Shown here: positions 49,999 through 63,477 of the stretch, piece after piece
How positions within the stretch are numbered: position 1 is the first letter of the stretch
How the letters are laid out: each line of letters begins with the position of its first letter
Assembly: GCA_038496445.1 (NCBI GenBank)
Contig: JALMLS010000353.1
Coordinates: forward strand, 248,001-312,000
Origin: Trichosphaerium sp. ATCC 40318
Lineage: Eukaryota > Protista > Tubulinea
Length of the DNA stretch: 64,000 bases
Reading direction: 5' to 3'
Notes under the pieces: generated by a model
Told to the model about the DNA's origin: nothing
The model's database searches: none
Seen by the model: only the letters and a program-made list of their open reading frames with translations
Position numbers and translations under genes: made by a program

Positions 49999-52900
49999 TT
50001 AGTTTCCAGGGTACATTGACATAAACGACTTTTTAGTCGCTTTTTCAACAAGAGCTACAAAATCACGTGTTGGTTCAATAAATCCTCTTTCAATCTTTGT
50101 AACTTGATCTTGATCAATACCTAAATAGTCCCAATAAATATAAGAAACATTGATGTTGCAAGAATAAACCAAAAAAAAAAACACATAAAGTATTAAGGCT
50201 CTTTCTTAAACACTTATGCAAAAAACAGAAAAAACCAAGGTATTTTATAATGTGTAGGAGGTGGTAAATAAGGGTAAAGAGTATAAAGATAAAGAGTATG
50301 AGCACAGCTTCAAAAAAAATCAAGAACGTAAATTTCACAAAAACCAATTCGGTTCAATCGTACCAACAAGAGCTGAGAATTGACCTAGGTTTATACCCAT
50401 ATCCATACGTGCTTTAGCCAATGCTAGCCTTAATTTTCTAAATTGCTCTTTACGTTCTTGTTTTGCAAAGTAATCATTTGCGTCAACACGAATATCATCA
50501 GTCGAACTCTTAAGATCATGAACCTGAGCAGAAAAAAAGTCAACAACATTGTTCAAAAAATAGTCAATAGCTTTTGCAATGATGCAAACAAAAACACTTT
50601 TCTAGGATGACAGTAGTTTAAATTTAATAATCACAGTGTTAATAAAAAATATGGCAGAATTTCAAGCGATAATTTATGGGAAAAGTAAAAGCAGATAAAA
50701 AAAAATTAGTATAAGAAACACAGTCTTTAACAGTTACGTACGGAAACTGGGCCATAACCAAATTCATCATCAACTTTGTAATCATTATATTCACCTTCCC
50801 AGTCTTCTTCCAAATCGCGTGAAGAAAATAGAATATCACGATAAGCGACTTTGTTGCTTCCTAGTTTTAAGCAGTCAGTTTAATATAATTTTAATGTTTT
50901 TAGATTTCATTGATACTTACGGAATTTTAAGGAATCATTCTTCTTGCATACATCTTCTATAACCTTACGTAACTCTTCAGACACATCTTCCCAATACTCC
51001 AATTTGGTGACATCTTCCAAAAACTAACAAAAACGTAAATACTTTACTCCAATTTTTACAAAAACCTTCTGGTTTGTTGTTCAACCAAAAGGCGGTTTCT
51101 TGAAATTTAGATAATTGCTTTAAGCTTGAAGTATATTATATACATACTAAGGATGCTCAAAATTAATTTTTGGCTACAACCAATACAACCAAACGTCACA
51201 ATAAAGTTACAACAAACCAAAATAAAAAAAAATCTCGCATTCTTGATGGAAATAGAACTAACCTTGGTACTCAAAAAATCCTTGCAAGCAGTATTTAGAA
51301 CCTATTTTAAATTGTTAAATATGTAATAAGAAGTGTATTTTTGAACAAACAATGAGAGCCTCGTACCGATGACTTGTAAAAGGTGGCAACATCCAAGATT
51401 GGAAGAACAGATTCCAATTCAATATTCTCGGCAATAAACGACTCACACATTTGTTTAAGTCCAGTCATACGCCATACATTAGCAGTAATAAACATCTCAA
51501 TAATATAATCGGCAGATAGATGTGTACTATTAGTGTAAAAGTACTCTTTAACAGCTTCAAAAACCTAAATCAAAAAAAGTCAGAATACACCAAATAACTC
51601 CTAGCAAAATCACGCTTTTATCAAAACAAAGCGAAATAAATTATACTAAAACTATAGAAATGCACAGAAAAAATATTCAAGTAAATCAAGACAAACGCAA
51701 AAGAAAAACGTGAAAAAAAAAGTAAAGAAAAGTCAAAGTGCTTTTTTTCAAGCAGTGCGTACAATTGGGTGAACATCTTCTACAAAGATGGTACCATCAC
51801 GTTCACTCTCACTCATCTTAGAATCCATCATTGTTCTAAAGTAAGCACTTCTTGCATAGAGCATAGCTCTATGAGAAGGACGTTTAATGCCGTCCAACAT
51901 AAAGCTGGTATCTGTAAAAAAGTTGTCTTCTTTGTAAGCCATTTCCAAGTCCTTTGCTAGACTTGGAAGACGCACAAATAGAGTGTCACGAGAGAATTTT
52001 ATGTGTTTTTGCTAAATAAAGTATGTTAGGATCTACAGTGTACGAACATTGCAAACATTCGAATAGTACTGGGCTTGCTCAAAAAAAAAAGTCACGTGCC
52101 TTTATAGCGTTGGCGATATCTTGCAAGCGACCCAATTCATATTCCTTGGCAATTAATTCTAGTTCAGGAGAAATTCGAGGAGGAATCTAAAAAGAGTTTC
52201 AGGATCAAAGTAACTATTAAACGAACAAAATAAAGAGAACCACATTAAAAAAGATTTGGAAGAAACATGTTTTCAAAAAGTATAAAGTCTTACATCTCCG
52301 GGATGATCAGTGTAGATGTAACGCATCATGGCAGAATACCCCTCGTATGATCCTTTAGTTTCAGGTATAACAATTTCAGTTAAATCTAAAACTCATTAGC
52401 TTTGTTAAACGTCAAGCAATGTACAACATAATTACTAGTAATGAAAACAAAACCACATACCTCTATCATCCATAAGCTGCTTACGGAAAACTGGAGATCT
52501 TGCAGCCAATATGAACTTATGTGCTCTGATTTCCTCGCCTGTAGATATGACTGTAAGTACTTTAAATACGCATTTCTTCCCTTGACAAGAGAAGAAAAGA
52601 AATAAAAAGATAGACAAAAATGGAGTATCTAGTGTACCTTCTACTACAAGAGTAATATCATAGAACTCATTATCATTAAGAAGTATTTTCAAATCACGAC
52701 TCAAAGGAGATTGAGAACCTAAAAAGCACGTGCGTGGTTAGTTGAGAGTTCTAGAAAAAGATATAAAACTGCGTACTGATAATAGCTGCAGAATGAGCAT
52801 GGCCAACGTCAACAGAGATTACCATGAACTTATTCAAGTTTGTTACCAATCGAGGTACCAACTAAACATCACGTTTCAGCAATCAATTATTTAATATCGT

Positions 52901-55463
52901 AAAGAGAAGCCTAATAACTAAAAGAGACCAAGTTCAAGTCTCAGGGTACTAACAAGAAAAGAAAGAGAAAACAAAACTGAAAGACAATTACCTCGTTTGA
53001 TATCGTGTTGTTATGTCCAAGCTTAATACCTTGTTCACCCCATGTATATACTTCACCACTATCTGAATAAAGCAATAAGCAATCATAAAAGTAAAATGAT
53101 AGGTTTACCAGTGGTTGCTGCTGAGAAGTTGTTACCAGCAGCTACTTTCACGAAGTTTTTATCAACACTGATAGGTTTAGGTGTATTGCAACGTTGGGCA
53201 CGGGTATCACCATGACCAAGCTGAGCGAATCTATTAGATCCCCAACTCCAAGCAGTTCCATCAGCTAGAAGACAAAACTTGTCAGGAAAGTAACAACGTA
53301 AAACAAAACAAAAAACAAGAAAAAAACAAGAATAAACAAACAATCGTTTTGCTGCTTTTCCATTTCTTTGAAGAGGTTTGTTTGGTTTTAGCGTAAAAAC
53401 TATTTCGTACACATTAATGCAACAGTATGATTATGTCCACTTTCAATAGTAGTCACTTTACGATGATCAGCTGTATGTGACAGCCGTTTAACAAGTTGTG
53501 GTGATCTAGCATTATTGTAATGACCAATACCAAGTTGACCGTCACTATTACCACCCCAAGTATACAAGCCATTCTCTATAAAAAAAATATCAGTCAAACC
53601 ATCAAAAACAAGCAAACAAAGAACGAAGAAATAACTTTTGTATTCTTGTCGGTTTGATTTCTTTTATGGATATTACCTGCAATGACACCAGAATGCAATC
53701 CTCCCGCGGATACATGACTGATACCCTTAGCGTGAAGTTTTCTAACAAGCTTAGGAAGCCATTGTGGAGTTGATGTTCCAAGACCCAGTTGACCTTGTTC
53801 ATTATCACCCCAAGTATAAGCATTTCCAGTATCAGTAACGCTAACAACATGACGTGCACCACATGCAATCATAGTAATAGAAGCAGGTTTTAAGGCCATA
53901 AGAGCCTCAACTGGTGTTGGTGCAGTGTAACACAGTAGATTACCATGTCCAAGCTGACCTACGCGTTCTTTTTTAGCATTTGTTTCAACAAACACAAAAA
54001 GTTTCTCTAACATACCACTTTGTCCTTGTCCCCAAGACCATACTTGTCCAGCATCTAGAATAATATATCAGATACACGTCATTAAACATCTTTTTTGATT
54101 AGAAATACGCATCGGGATTTTTTTCACCGCTTGAAAACGCTTACCTGTTAGTGCAACTGTAAACGCATCACCACAGCTGATAGATCTTACATTTACACCT
54201 TTAATAGATTGTACAATACTTGGCCTTGGTACAGTCGCCCAATTTCTATGTCCTAGCTGACCCCTAGCACCGTATCCAAAAGTATAAACATCGCCGTTTT
54301 CTTTAAGAAAATGGTCAACAAGAAACAAAAAGCCGTTTTTAAATTGGTTACCTGCAAGAACTGCTGTGTGTGCTTTACCACAACGGACCATAACCATACC
54401 AGCATGCTCTAAGCCCTTTTTACAAATTAATACTACACTGAAGACAAGACAGACTCGTTTTAATAAACGCACTTGAATCCTAACTGGCTCCGGACTATCG
54501 TCTTGTTTACCGTTACCCAATTGTCCATCAAGACCTTTTCCCCAAGTAACAAGTCCACCAGCACGTTCTCCAACATACGTAGTATATCCTCAATAATAAT
54601 ATAAGAGTGGTAGAAAGCGAGACAAAAGTTTGTACCAGATGGAACTTTAAGTGAAGGTTGCTTAGAAGTTTGGTTTTGTTTCTGTCTTGGTTTTTTCTCC
54701 ATCTGAAGAAAACCCACATTAATATTATGCCTTCTTACAAACAACAAAGATCGCTTAAGATAAAGCCGACCCAAAACAGTATGATCCTCTGAAGGATCGA
54801 AAAAAACAAAAGCAAACACAAAAAAAACGCACGTTTGTCTCGGAAAGTACGAGCTCTTTCACGTGATCCTTAAAGAAATTTTTCCATGTTTTCCTTCTAA
54901 ATTTCGTCCTTGGCACAATTGGCTTTTGAGCATAAGGACCTCTTATGTCTAAATATCACCATAAACGTCAGAAAGAAGAAGAAATGCCAAAACAAGTTTT
55001 TTGTGTTTTTAGTGAAATTGTGTTTGCAAAGAAGGCTAACTTACTTCTTCTTCTATAATATCCACCACGAGGTGGGTTTCGACGTTCTAAGACGGTTTTT
55101 AGCAAGGTTAATTAAATCGAGGTGGAAACGTTTACGCATTTGAAGTTGTCGTTGCGCTAGCAGTAATTCGTCATTGGCAACAAGCTTTTTGCCTTTTTCT
55201 AAGCCCATTTGCTCGAATGAAGGCGTTTTAAGCTCTAAAGGTGGTACAATGATACCAACATCGTTTATTTCCTGTGCAGCGTATAAATAACGCTGTTTGG
55301 ACAAAAACAAACTCCTAAAACATGTACCTCAATTAATTCAGGGTTCAAGTGCGTCTGAAAAGCATTGAGCGCTAGCCATTCATACGATATTGGTTCTTTA
55401 TCCTATATTTAAAATAAACGCTTAAACTCTATCAAAACCGTTTCATACGCTATCTTTTTCCAT
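49999..55463 (-). CDS. RCC1 beta-propeller + two BTB/POZ domains + C-terminal XRE/MBF1-like helix-turn-helix (5' end uncertain)
   Basis: RCC1 repeats (VYTFGYGARGQLG, AYTWGDNEQGQLG, LYTWGGNSDGQLG, AWSWGSNRFAQLG); BTB1 FYDITLVVEGEEIRAHKFILAARSPVFR; BTB2 FTDTSFMLDGIKRPSHRAMLYARSAYFR; in-phase splicing continues to KLRLALAKARMDMGINLGQFSALVGIDQDQVTKIERGFIEPTRDFVALVEKA...GN*. Confidence 0.85.
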
Positions 55464-56015
55464 GTGGGGAACGGAAAAAGGTGTTTTGGAAGATTAAATC
55501 GAATAAAATACAAGCCAAGAAATTGGTTGTAGAGTTACGTGAAAAATCGACTTGTTTTCGAAAAAACGTTAAGTTTTCTGAAAAGCGTTTTTCAATCACT
55601 AAAACACGTCATTGGGTCATAAGTGTAACGCTCCAGATGTAATTACTCGATATATCACGTGACTTAAACGTTGCCGTTCCTCCAAAGAACCTTACAATAA
55701 GGGCAACTTTGAGCGGAACACCTAAACGCTATGGTGTTAATTCACGTCATTAGATACCACGCTATCACTATTAGAACGTCTACTCAAGCAAATTCAGCTG
55801 CAAAAAAATGTCATGTAATTTATTTCTAGCTAGAAACAAACGGCTGTCAGTTGTGAACCAAAAACGATTTTTGAAAAGTGTTGTAGAGTTTGCATAATGT
55901 ATTTGAAACATTCTCCCAAAATATAGTAGCGTAGCAAGGCTAATTTTAGCTTTCGTATTCAATACCATCCAAATGTACTTGCACACGTGATTTTTTTTGC
56001 TTTATAGAATTATCA

Positions 56016-59000
56016 CTATTTATTATCCTTGTACTGTCCTCTTTTTTTCAACTTCATCATCTTCAATGTCTTATTCTTTACAGTTTGTTCTGCTCTTTCA
56101 ATTGATTTCGAATATCTAGACTCAACAGTATTTCTCAAACCAGACAACAGAACTTGTTGTTTATAGGTTAACTCATCCTCCCTACAAAGCATAATTGTAA
56201 GTACATTGCTCTTACAAGTACAAATAAGACAAATTCTGAAAGATTAAAGCGAGTTCAACTCTTCTGTAAGTAGTATTTATAGAACTCACAGCTACAGAGA
56301 ACTCGATTTGGTACTATTGTGTTTTCAGAAAAATGGCTGTAGTCAGCTCTGACAGTTTTTTTTTGGTCATTTCATGAAAAAGAAAGTTCAACTGTTTGCA
56401 TTGTGCCTTATAGGCTTTCTTTCAAAAAACACACAAGTTTGAACTACAAGAAAAGTATTTGCGTTTTTTGTGATTTTTTAAGGTACCTAAATGCTCTTCT
56501 TCCTTTTGGTCTTCGTTTGTTAACTGAAGTAATACTTTTCGCATCTTGTCTGATGTTGAATCTTTGAAACAAGTTATAAAGAGTATCCTCTTGTATATCA
56601 TCAACTAATTCTTCATTTTCTTGTGCTTCTAATATTAGAGTAAGTGGTACAATATTGGCAGTTGGTTGTTTGAAAAAAAACCAGAAGGAAGACAAAAAAA
56701 TACCTTCATCTTCAACTGCTGTAACGATATCTTTCAATTGTTGTTTTTTAGATGGTTGTCCATCCTTTCTCATAGATTGACCAAAATTAACGAGATTGAA
56801 ACGAATAGGTGGTAAGTGGGATCTTGAATCAGCCACAACAATATTTACAGTCACGTGATCGAATAAATTCACCTACAGATTAAAAGAAAAATATGAGAAT
56901 CTCAACTAATAAAAGAAACATTGTTATACCTTTACTTCTCCTTTAGTTGTTTGAAGCAACATCTCATTTTTATCCTTGTCCATCTTAAACCCTGTCACCG
57001 TATACTCCGATTTATATAATTCTGGATCAAGTGATAAAGCGTCATCTGGTATACACAGTTTATCGTTCTTATCACGGAGGTATAAAGGAGCTTTTAAACC
57101 GAACCTTGAATTAAAGAAAAAAAAGTTAATAGTTCGTTTTCTTTGATTGTACTTTACGTGAAGCTTACCTTGGTACATACACCATGAATCCATTCTGTTT
57201 GACACCTATAATGACTGCATCTGTTTTAATATTTCTGTCCTTAAAATATAACGCTTGAAATAGCTCAGCAGAGTCTCTGGAGGCCTAAGCGTATTGTCAT
57301 GTAACTAGCGCTACCACGTTTGTTGAAAAAAAAAACGTACAAACTTTGCAGCACGATGCTGAAGGTTTATATGCTGAGCAAGCTCTTGAAGTTGTCCATT
57401 ACTCATTATTTCTGTTTTTTTACCACCAGAAAGAGCTCTTAGTAGTGTTCTATGTACAATAACATCTAAGACAGACTCTCAGAGAAATAATCCAAAAAAT
57501 AGAAAAAAAGGATCTAAAAGTAGCGGAGAAGTTTCGGTAACTGTTGTTTGTTGCGTACCTGCATAACGACGGATTGGTGATGTGAAATGTGTATAATGAT
57601 CAGCTGCTAAACCATAATGGTAAAACTCTGAAACATCGTATGACCCAGTAGAGAAATATCTTCAAAAAAGTTACACAAAAAAATAATAATCTATGTAAAA
57701 CCGTACTGTGCTTCTTGCATCGCATATGTTGCGAGCTGCTTCAAGAAACGACCTACAATAGGATCTTTTGTTTTACTAGCACGTGCTAAAGATCTTGCAA
57801 GAACTTTATTCGAAGAAACAGAAATATTCAATCCTTGACTCTCAGCACAACTCTTAAGGTCTGCAAATGCGTCCTCACTTATGAAACAAAAAAGTTAAAA
57901 AAAGTTAGGCCTGTGTTTTAAACTTTACCTTGGTGTAGGGTGTCTTCTCAATAGTGAAGCATTAGGGAAATTTGAGTGTATGTACCCTAAGCAAATATTG
58001 AATAAAGTATGTCACAAAGCAAGAGCTTCAAATGTTGAAAAATTCAAGCAGCATTTTGGAAAGAGTGCGTGAAAGATGCATTAAAAAATTGGGTTTTTCG
58101 GTTTTGTGATAGCTTAAAAAGGACACAAGATACTGTTATTTTCAGACTTTCGTACTTGCAACACAAACATTCGCGAAAATCATGTATTCAGCAACCATCT
58201 TCATCACATCAAGTTCGTCCTTTGTACTAAAGAAAACGGAGGTGAGACTTTAAATGCTACAAACCACAAAATGTACTTTATCTTTGTAGGGTTTTTGCTG
58301 TCATCCAAGGTGAATCTTACTTCATCACTTGCAAGTTCAAGTGCACCCCTATCCATACGACGTTTACGAAGTTGTCGATAAACACCTAAAACAACAATAA
58401 GTAAGGTCCACACCAAACATAACATAGCATACCTCTAAGATGTGACAACGATGTGTATACTGTAGCATACTGATCACCAAACGTCTTTTTAGCTTCAGCA
58501 GTACCATCCAAAATACCTTATGACACTATTAGCCAGGTGGTAGGCTAACCACAAAATAAAAGACTATCAAACTGTACAATACCTTGAGCCTGTTGATACG
58601 TCATTTCGTACTTGCTAGTTTCCAGTTAGTACAAAAAATAATACTTACAAGGAAGCAATTACCTGTGTATTATAGTACGGCCATACCACGTATTTACAAC
58701 ATTGCCTCTGCTGTCAAAATCCCAGAGTACACTTACCTACACAAAGAATAAAAAAGTCAACACTATTTACCTAAAAAAACAAACATACAGCATATCTATC
58801 AACACCTGCACGAAGAGAGCAAAGGTATGCTGATAAAATCAATGGAAGCATATCAATCCTTCTATCAGCTAAATAAACCGATGTAGAACGAGCTAGCACG
58901 TTAATTAGTAACGTAATCAGCGGAACAAGAAGAGAATGGCGAGGCCTTAAGTCATACCTTTGGCTTCTAGATCCAATAATGTTCCTTCTTTTACAAAGTA

Positions 59001-61012
59001 TGTTACATCAGCAATATGAACGCCTATCTCTGTGATACCACCTTTCTTTTTTCTAAAAGATAAGACATCATCTATATCCTCACTTCCCTTCGGATCAATA
59101 GAAAACAACATCAAGTTACGCAAATCACGCCTTGTTTTAATCTCTTTTGGTTCAGGTTTCCAATCATCCGCACTTTTAGGAAGTCCAGCAAGCATAGCTT
59201 CAGTAAAAGACGATAAACCAAGGCCACGCTCAACCTACAAACAACGTGTGATGAATAACAACGCCGAAAAAATAGAAAAAAGCAAGCTTACCAAAATAGC
59301 CTGCATCTCCGTTTCTTTGTCTCCAATTGGCCCAAGCGCTCTAACAAAATGCGCCTTGATAAAGGGTTAGAAATATGTCTTTACCTGATAAAGTACCTGA
59401 GGATAGTTCGATGTTACATCCCATTTATCAAATCGTACAACAAGTCGGTTATCTTTTAACTTATTGTATTGTTGTAACTTGATCCGAAACCTTGGGAATT
59501 TAACATCCCAAGGTGTACAAATACACCATACACCTTTCTGAATACCTTCACGAAGAGTAGCGACATAGTCTCTCCAATCCCTCTCCATAACACCTACAAC
59601 ACGACCACAAGGTCGTGTACCTCTCTTCCATTCAGTTGACTCTTCTTTACCAGCAGCAAGTCTTCGAAGCATGGAAGAAGGTGCTCTAAAATGGGTGAGC
59701 TCATTTTTACCAATGCTTCAATGACGAACCTCCAATACTTCTCTTCCAAAAGTTCTACTGCCACTATATCACCATGCATAGCACGATTCCTTGGTACCAT
59801 CCCAGGGATAAATATATCATGTTTCAATCCGAATTTCTCGTCAATTCTTACAAAAGCTTCATCAGGATTTGATTCTCGAACTTGCAGCTTTCCTTTGTAT
59901 AGCTTACCCAACTTGATCTACACCACATAAGAATACATTTGTACCTATTCAATGCGTACTTTCTCATCAAGTACAGCTTCTAATAAATACTCTTCATAAG
60001 CCGTAGGCATTGAGGAAGACTGAGCTTCTCCAGAAGTCTCTTGGTTCTCTTTTTTAGAATCCTCATAAAGTTCACTAGTACAACACTTACAAACGTTACA
60101 GCACCATTTACCATACCTCAATGATTCATACAAGGCGTGCATATGTTCTTTGTCTGAAAAGTGAGTGTTGAGGTATTCCAGTGGCGTCATTGCAGCAACT
60201 CCTTGAGCGGTAGCATCGCTTATTAATTGATCGTCAAGAGATATTATAATTGGTTTCTTCGGTGCAAGAGATCCACCCAACCTACCGTGTGAGTCACATG
60301 ACAATGTCTAAAAGTCACGTGATGATCCTTAACGAACCAGGAGGCAGCTTTTAGAACAGCACGTTTATGTCTATCTTGTAGTGTTTCGCCTTTTAACCTT
60401 TCTGCGAAAGTAGCTACAACGTGTCAGGTAGCACTAAGAATAATGCCAACAGCGGACTGCCACTAACCTTTACAATTCTCGTTTGAAAAAACGAACACGT
60501 GACGGCGTCCATCGCGCGTTAAGCGTCTAAATCAGATGTGAGCGTAAGGTGTCGCTTTATAAACAAGAGGGCAAAGAAACACGTTTTCTTTCGTATCCAA
60601 TAGTATTTGCATTTCCAAACGCTGTTTTAAGCGTTTTAGCTAAGAATTTGCGTACCGTAGCCTGGAATACGTGGAACGATGCTTTTGTTGTAACTGTAAC
60701 GCTATTAGAATGGATACAGCCTCATGAGTACAAAAAAAAAGTCAATCTTGCCTGTTGAGAGGCTGTCTGCGTAAAAATGATGTTGTCAAACTCTGTGAGT
60801 TCTAATAGCTCCAAAAAATGAGTTGTTATATCGATGTCTGGAACCAAGTAATGATTCTTCTCGCCAAGGTCTGGAAGCGCGATGTCATCACGTAAGTAAT
60901 GCTCTCGAACAACCCGCACAATTCTACCTGTTGATATGCGTTAACAACGTAAACATCGCGTATTTATACCTCTTTTCGAACGAATTGCGAGTATTTTATC
61001 TCTTACATCCAT
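56016..61012 (-). CDS. DIS3L: DIS3-like exoribonuclease (RNase II/RNB family, PIN-CSD-RNB-S1), DIS3L-type
   Basis: N-terminus [48 protein letters not shown]; [14 protein letters not shown]; [25 protein letters not shown] (catalytic Asp cluster), [28 protein letters not shown]. Confidence 0.9.
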
Positions 61013-61104
61013 CCTGAATACCTGGCGTTTAAACTGGTATTGAGGTCAATTATCTTCTACCTCACGAGTACCGAAAACAAACTAATACTGATCTAATCGC
61101 AAAC
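61013..61104. promoter_or_regulatory. putative bidirectional promoter between DIS3L and the TPR gene
   Basis: Start codons of two divergently oriented genes are only ~92 bp apart. Confidence 0.55.
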
Positions 61105-61989
61105 ATGAGCGCAGGAGACGAGCTACGAAGACAAGGTTGACTGTCTAGTAAAAATGGAGTACCAACCCTAACGTTCATTGTAGGTATAAACCACGCCACC
61201 AATGGTAACTACAACGAAGCAGTTCAATGTTTTGATGCAGCATTACAAAGAGCTGGTAATGACATATTAACGCTATGTCATAAAGGCAACGTTTTATATG
61301 AGCAAGGTACGCGTTTTTGTGTCAAAAATACAATATTACGTTAAAAGAGGTACCAAAATCAGTGTATTGTACTCCAAGTGCTTACTCTACCTCTGAATTG
61401 TGTAGTTAATAATTGTAGGAAACTACCCTGCTGCCATGCAATGCTACGACATGGTACTACGTATAGACGCAACAGACGCGTGGGCTCTTAATGGTAGAGG
61501 AATCGCGCTTGCTAAACAAGGTCAACACGACGAAGCAATCAAATACTATGACAGAGCTCTTAGATGCAGGTTTCCAGGTACTCTAAACCTACCAGAGAAA
61601 CAAACTATTGACGTTTGGAATAGAGGTTGCATTAAACAACAAAGGATATTCGTACTTACAACAAGGGCGAGTTGATGAGGCTCTAGACGTATTTACGCAA
61701 GCTCTTCAACAAAATCCTAATTACGCACAAGCTGCCAAAAATAAGGCTGAAGCACTACGTCAGAAATGCTCTGCGCGTACGTTGCGTATAGAATTGTTTT
61801 TAAGTGTAACTGTTAACCGTAAATTTAGAGTTAGAGAATGACCCAAGAATGAAGCTTCTCATGACGTACATGGAAGCAAGTGTACAATGGCAAGTGACAT
61901 CATTGAGACATGACCTAGAGGCTCTTTCTTTACGTGTTAAACGTATGGTAAAGAACAATAAGAAAGCACTAAAACTATCCAAAAAGTAA
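61105..61989 (+). CDS. small TPR-repeat protein with C-terminal coiled coil
   Basis: GNYNEAVQCFDAAL, LCHKGNVLYEQGNYPAAMQCYDMVL, ALNGRGIALAKQGQHDEAIKYYDRAL, ALNNKGYSYLQQGRVDEALDVFTQALQQNP. Confidence 0.85.
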
Positions 61990-62228
61990 GGGCACTATAG
62001 TGCCTTGTCCGGTTATAGGACGTTGTATCATGGATGTGCTTAGCAAATAATAGTAATAAACCGTTAAATAGTTAAGCGCAAAGAGTACCAAATTGGATAG
62101 CCCTTGTAGATCCCTATGATCTCCCGGCTTGACATCGAGAGTCATTGCTGAGCGTCAGCCGAGTAAAGGTCAACATAATTTCAAATAATACTGAGTGCCA
62201 AAAAGTAAAAACAGTACATCACATAAAA

Positions 62229-63308
62229 ATGGCATCAGGTGGAGGGATCAGAGGCTTGTTTAAATCTATTGCTGACTGGTTTCGTTCTTTGTTTTGGAAG
62301 CAGGAGATGGAATTGACGCTTGTCGGGCTACAAAACTCGGGTAAAACAACACTAGTTAATGTCATCGCCGTACGTGCTTTTTACAACTTTATTTACGCGA
62401 TCGCGTTCTAAACAAGTTAAATTAACTACAAACGCTGTAAAAAATCAATTGATGAAGGGCACATTAATTTACGACCACTTTTAGTCCGGCCAGTTTAATG
62501 AGGACATGATCCCTACAGTTGGCTTTAATATGAAGAAAATAACAAAAGGAAGCGTGACCATCAAGCTATGGGACATCGGTGGCCAACCACGCTTCAGAAG
62601 TATGTGGGAGCGTTACTGTCGCGGTGTAAATGCAATAGTGTGCGTGTCGCTGTTTTGGCACTGTGTATTAGTATTCTTTTTAAGAAAGTTAATTTTAAAC
62701 ACTATCCTACGCTACAACCATACTCTACAACCTAATGGAGAAATTTCTGACCACTTTTGCAAATGTATTCTCAAAAATCACGAAACGAACCAAAAAAAAC
62801 TTTTGTCGGATTTTTGATTTCATTTTCTTTTTGGATGATTTTTTGACTAAATGACTTACTTTTATTTTTTTTTTAGATTCGTTGTTGATGCAGCAGATCA
62901 CGAGAAATTTGATCAAGCAAAGAAAGAACTATCAGAGCTACTTACAAAGCAACCTTTAGCTGGTATTCCTCTACTTGTTTTGGGTAACAAGAACGACCTC
63001 CCAGAATCTGTTGGTGCAAAAGAATTAATTGACAAATTGTACGTTGTTCCTACTACTGTAGTATGAAAGCATGGCTTTTAATCCTTTTTTAATTTTTAAA
63101 TCAGCGCGTAGTGTCACTCTACAAAAAACCCAAAACACGCTTTACATGCGCCCTGTACTAGGTTTGATGCTTATACGATTTTTTTAGAGCATTAGAATCA
63201 ATTGATGACGGTCGTGAAGTCTGCTGTTACTCAATTTCGGCCAAAAATAACGTTAACATTGACATTACGTTGGATTGGCTCATTAAGCATGCCAACCAGA
63301 CTAATTAA
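62229..63308 (+). CDS. ARL8: ARF-like small GTPase ARL8
   Basis: [122 protein letters not shown]. Confidence 0.97.
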
Positions 63309-63477
63309 TCAAGTTTTTACTTGATTGCAACTTGTTGGTGTAAAAACCTTGTAAAGAAACGTGCTCGAGAGAGTTTTTCCCATTTCTGGGCGTCATTTTG
63401 GTCAATCAATGTCTGACCAGACCCATTTTCGTAAAATTTTTAGTAAACAGGAGGTTATCCTTGATGTTGTTTATAGT

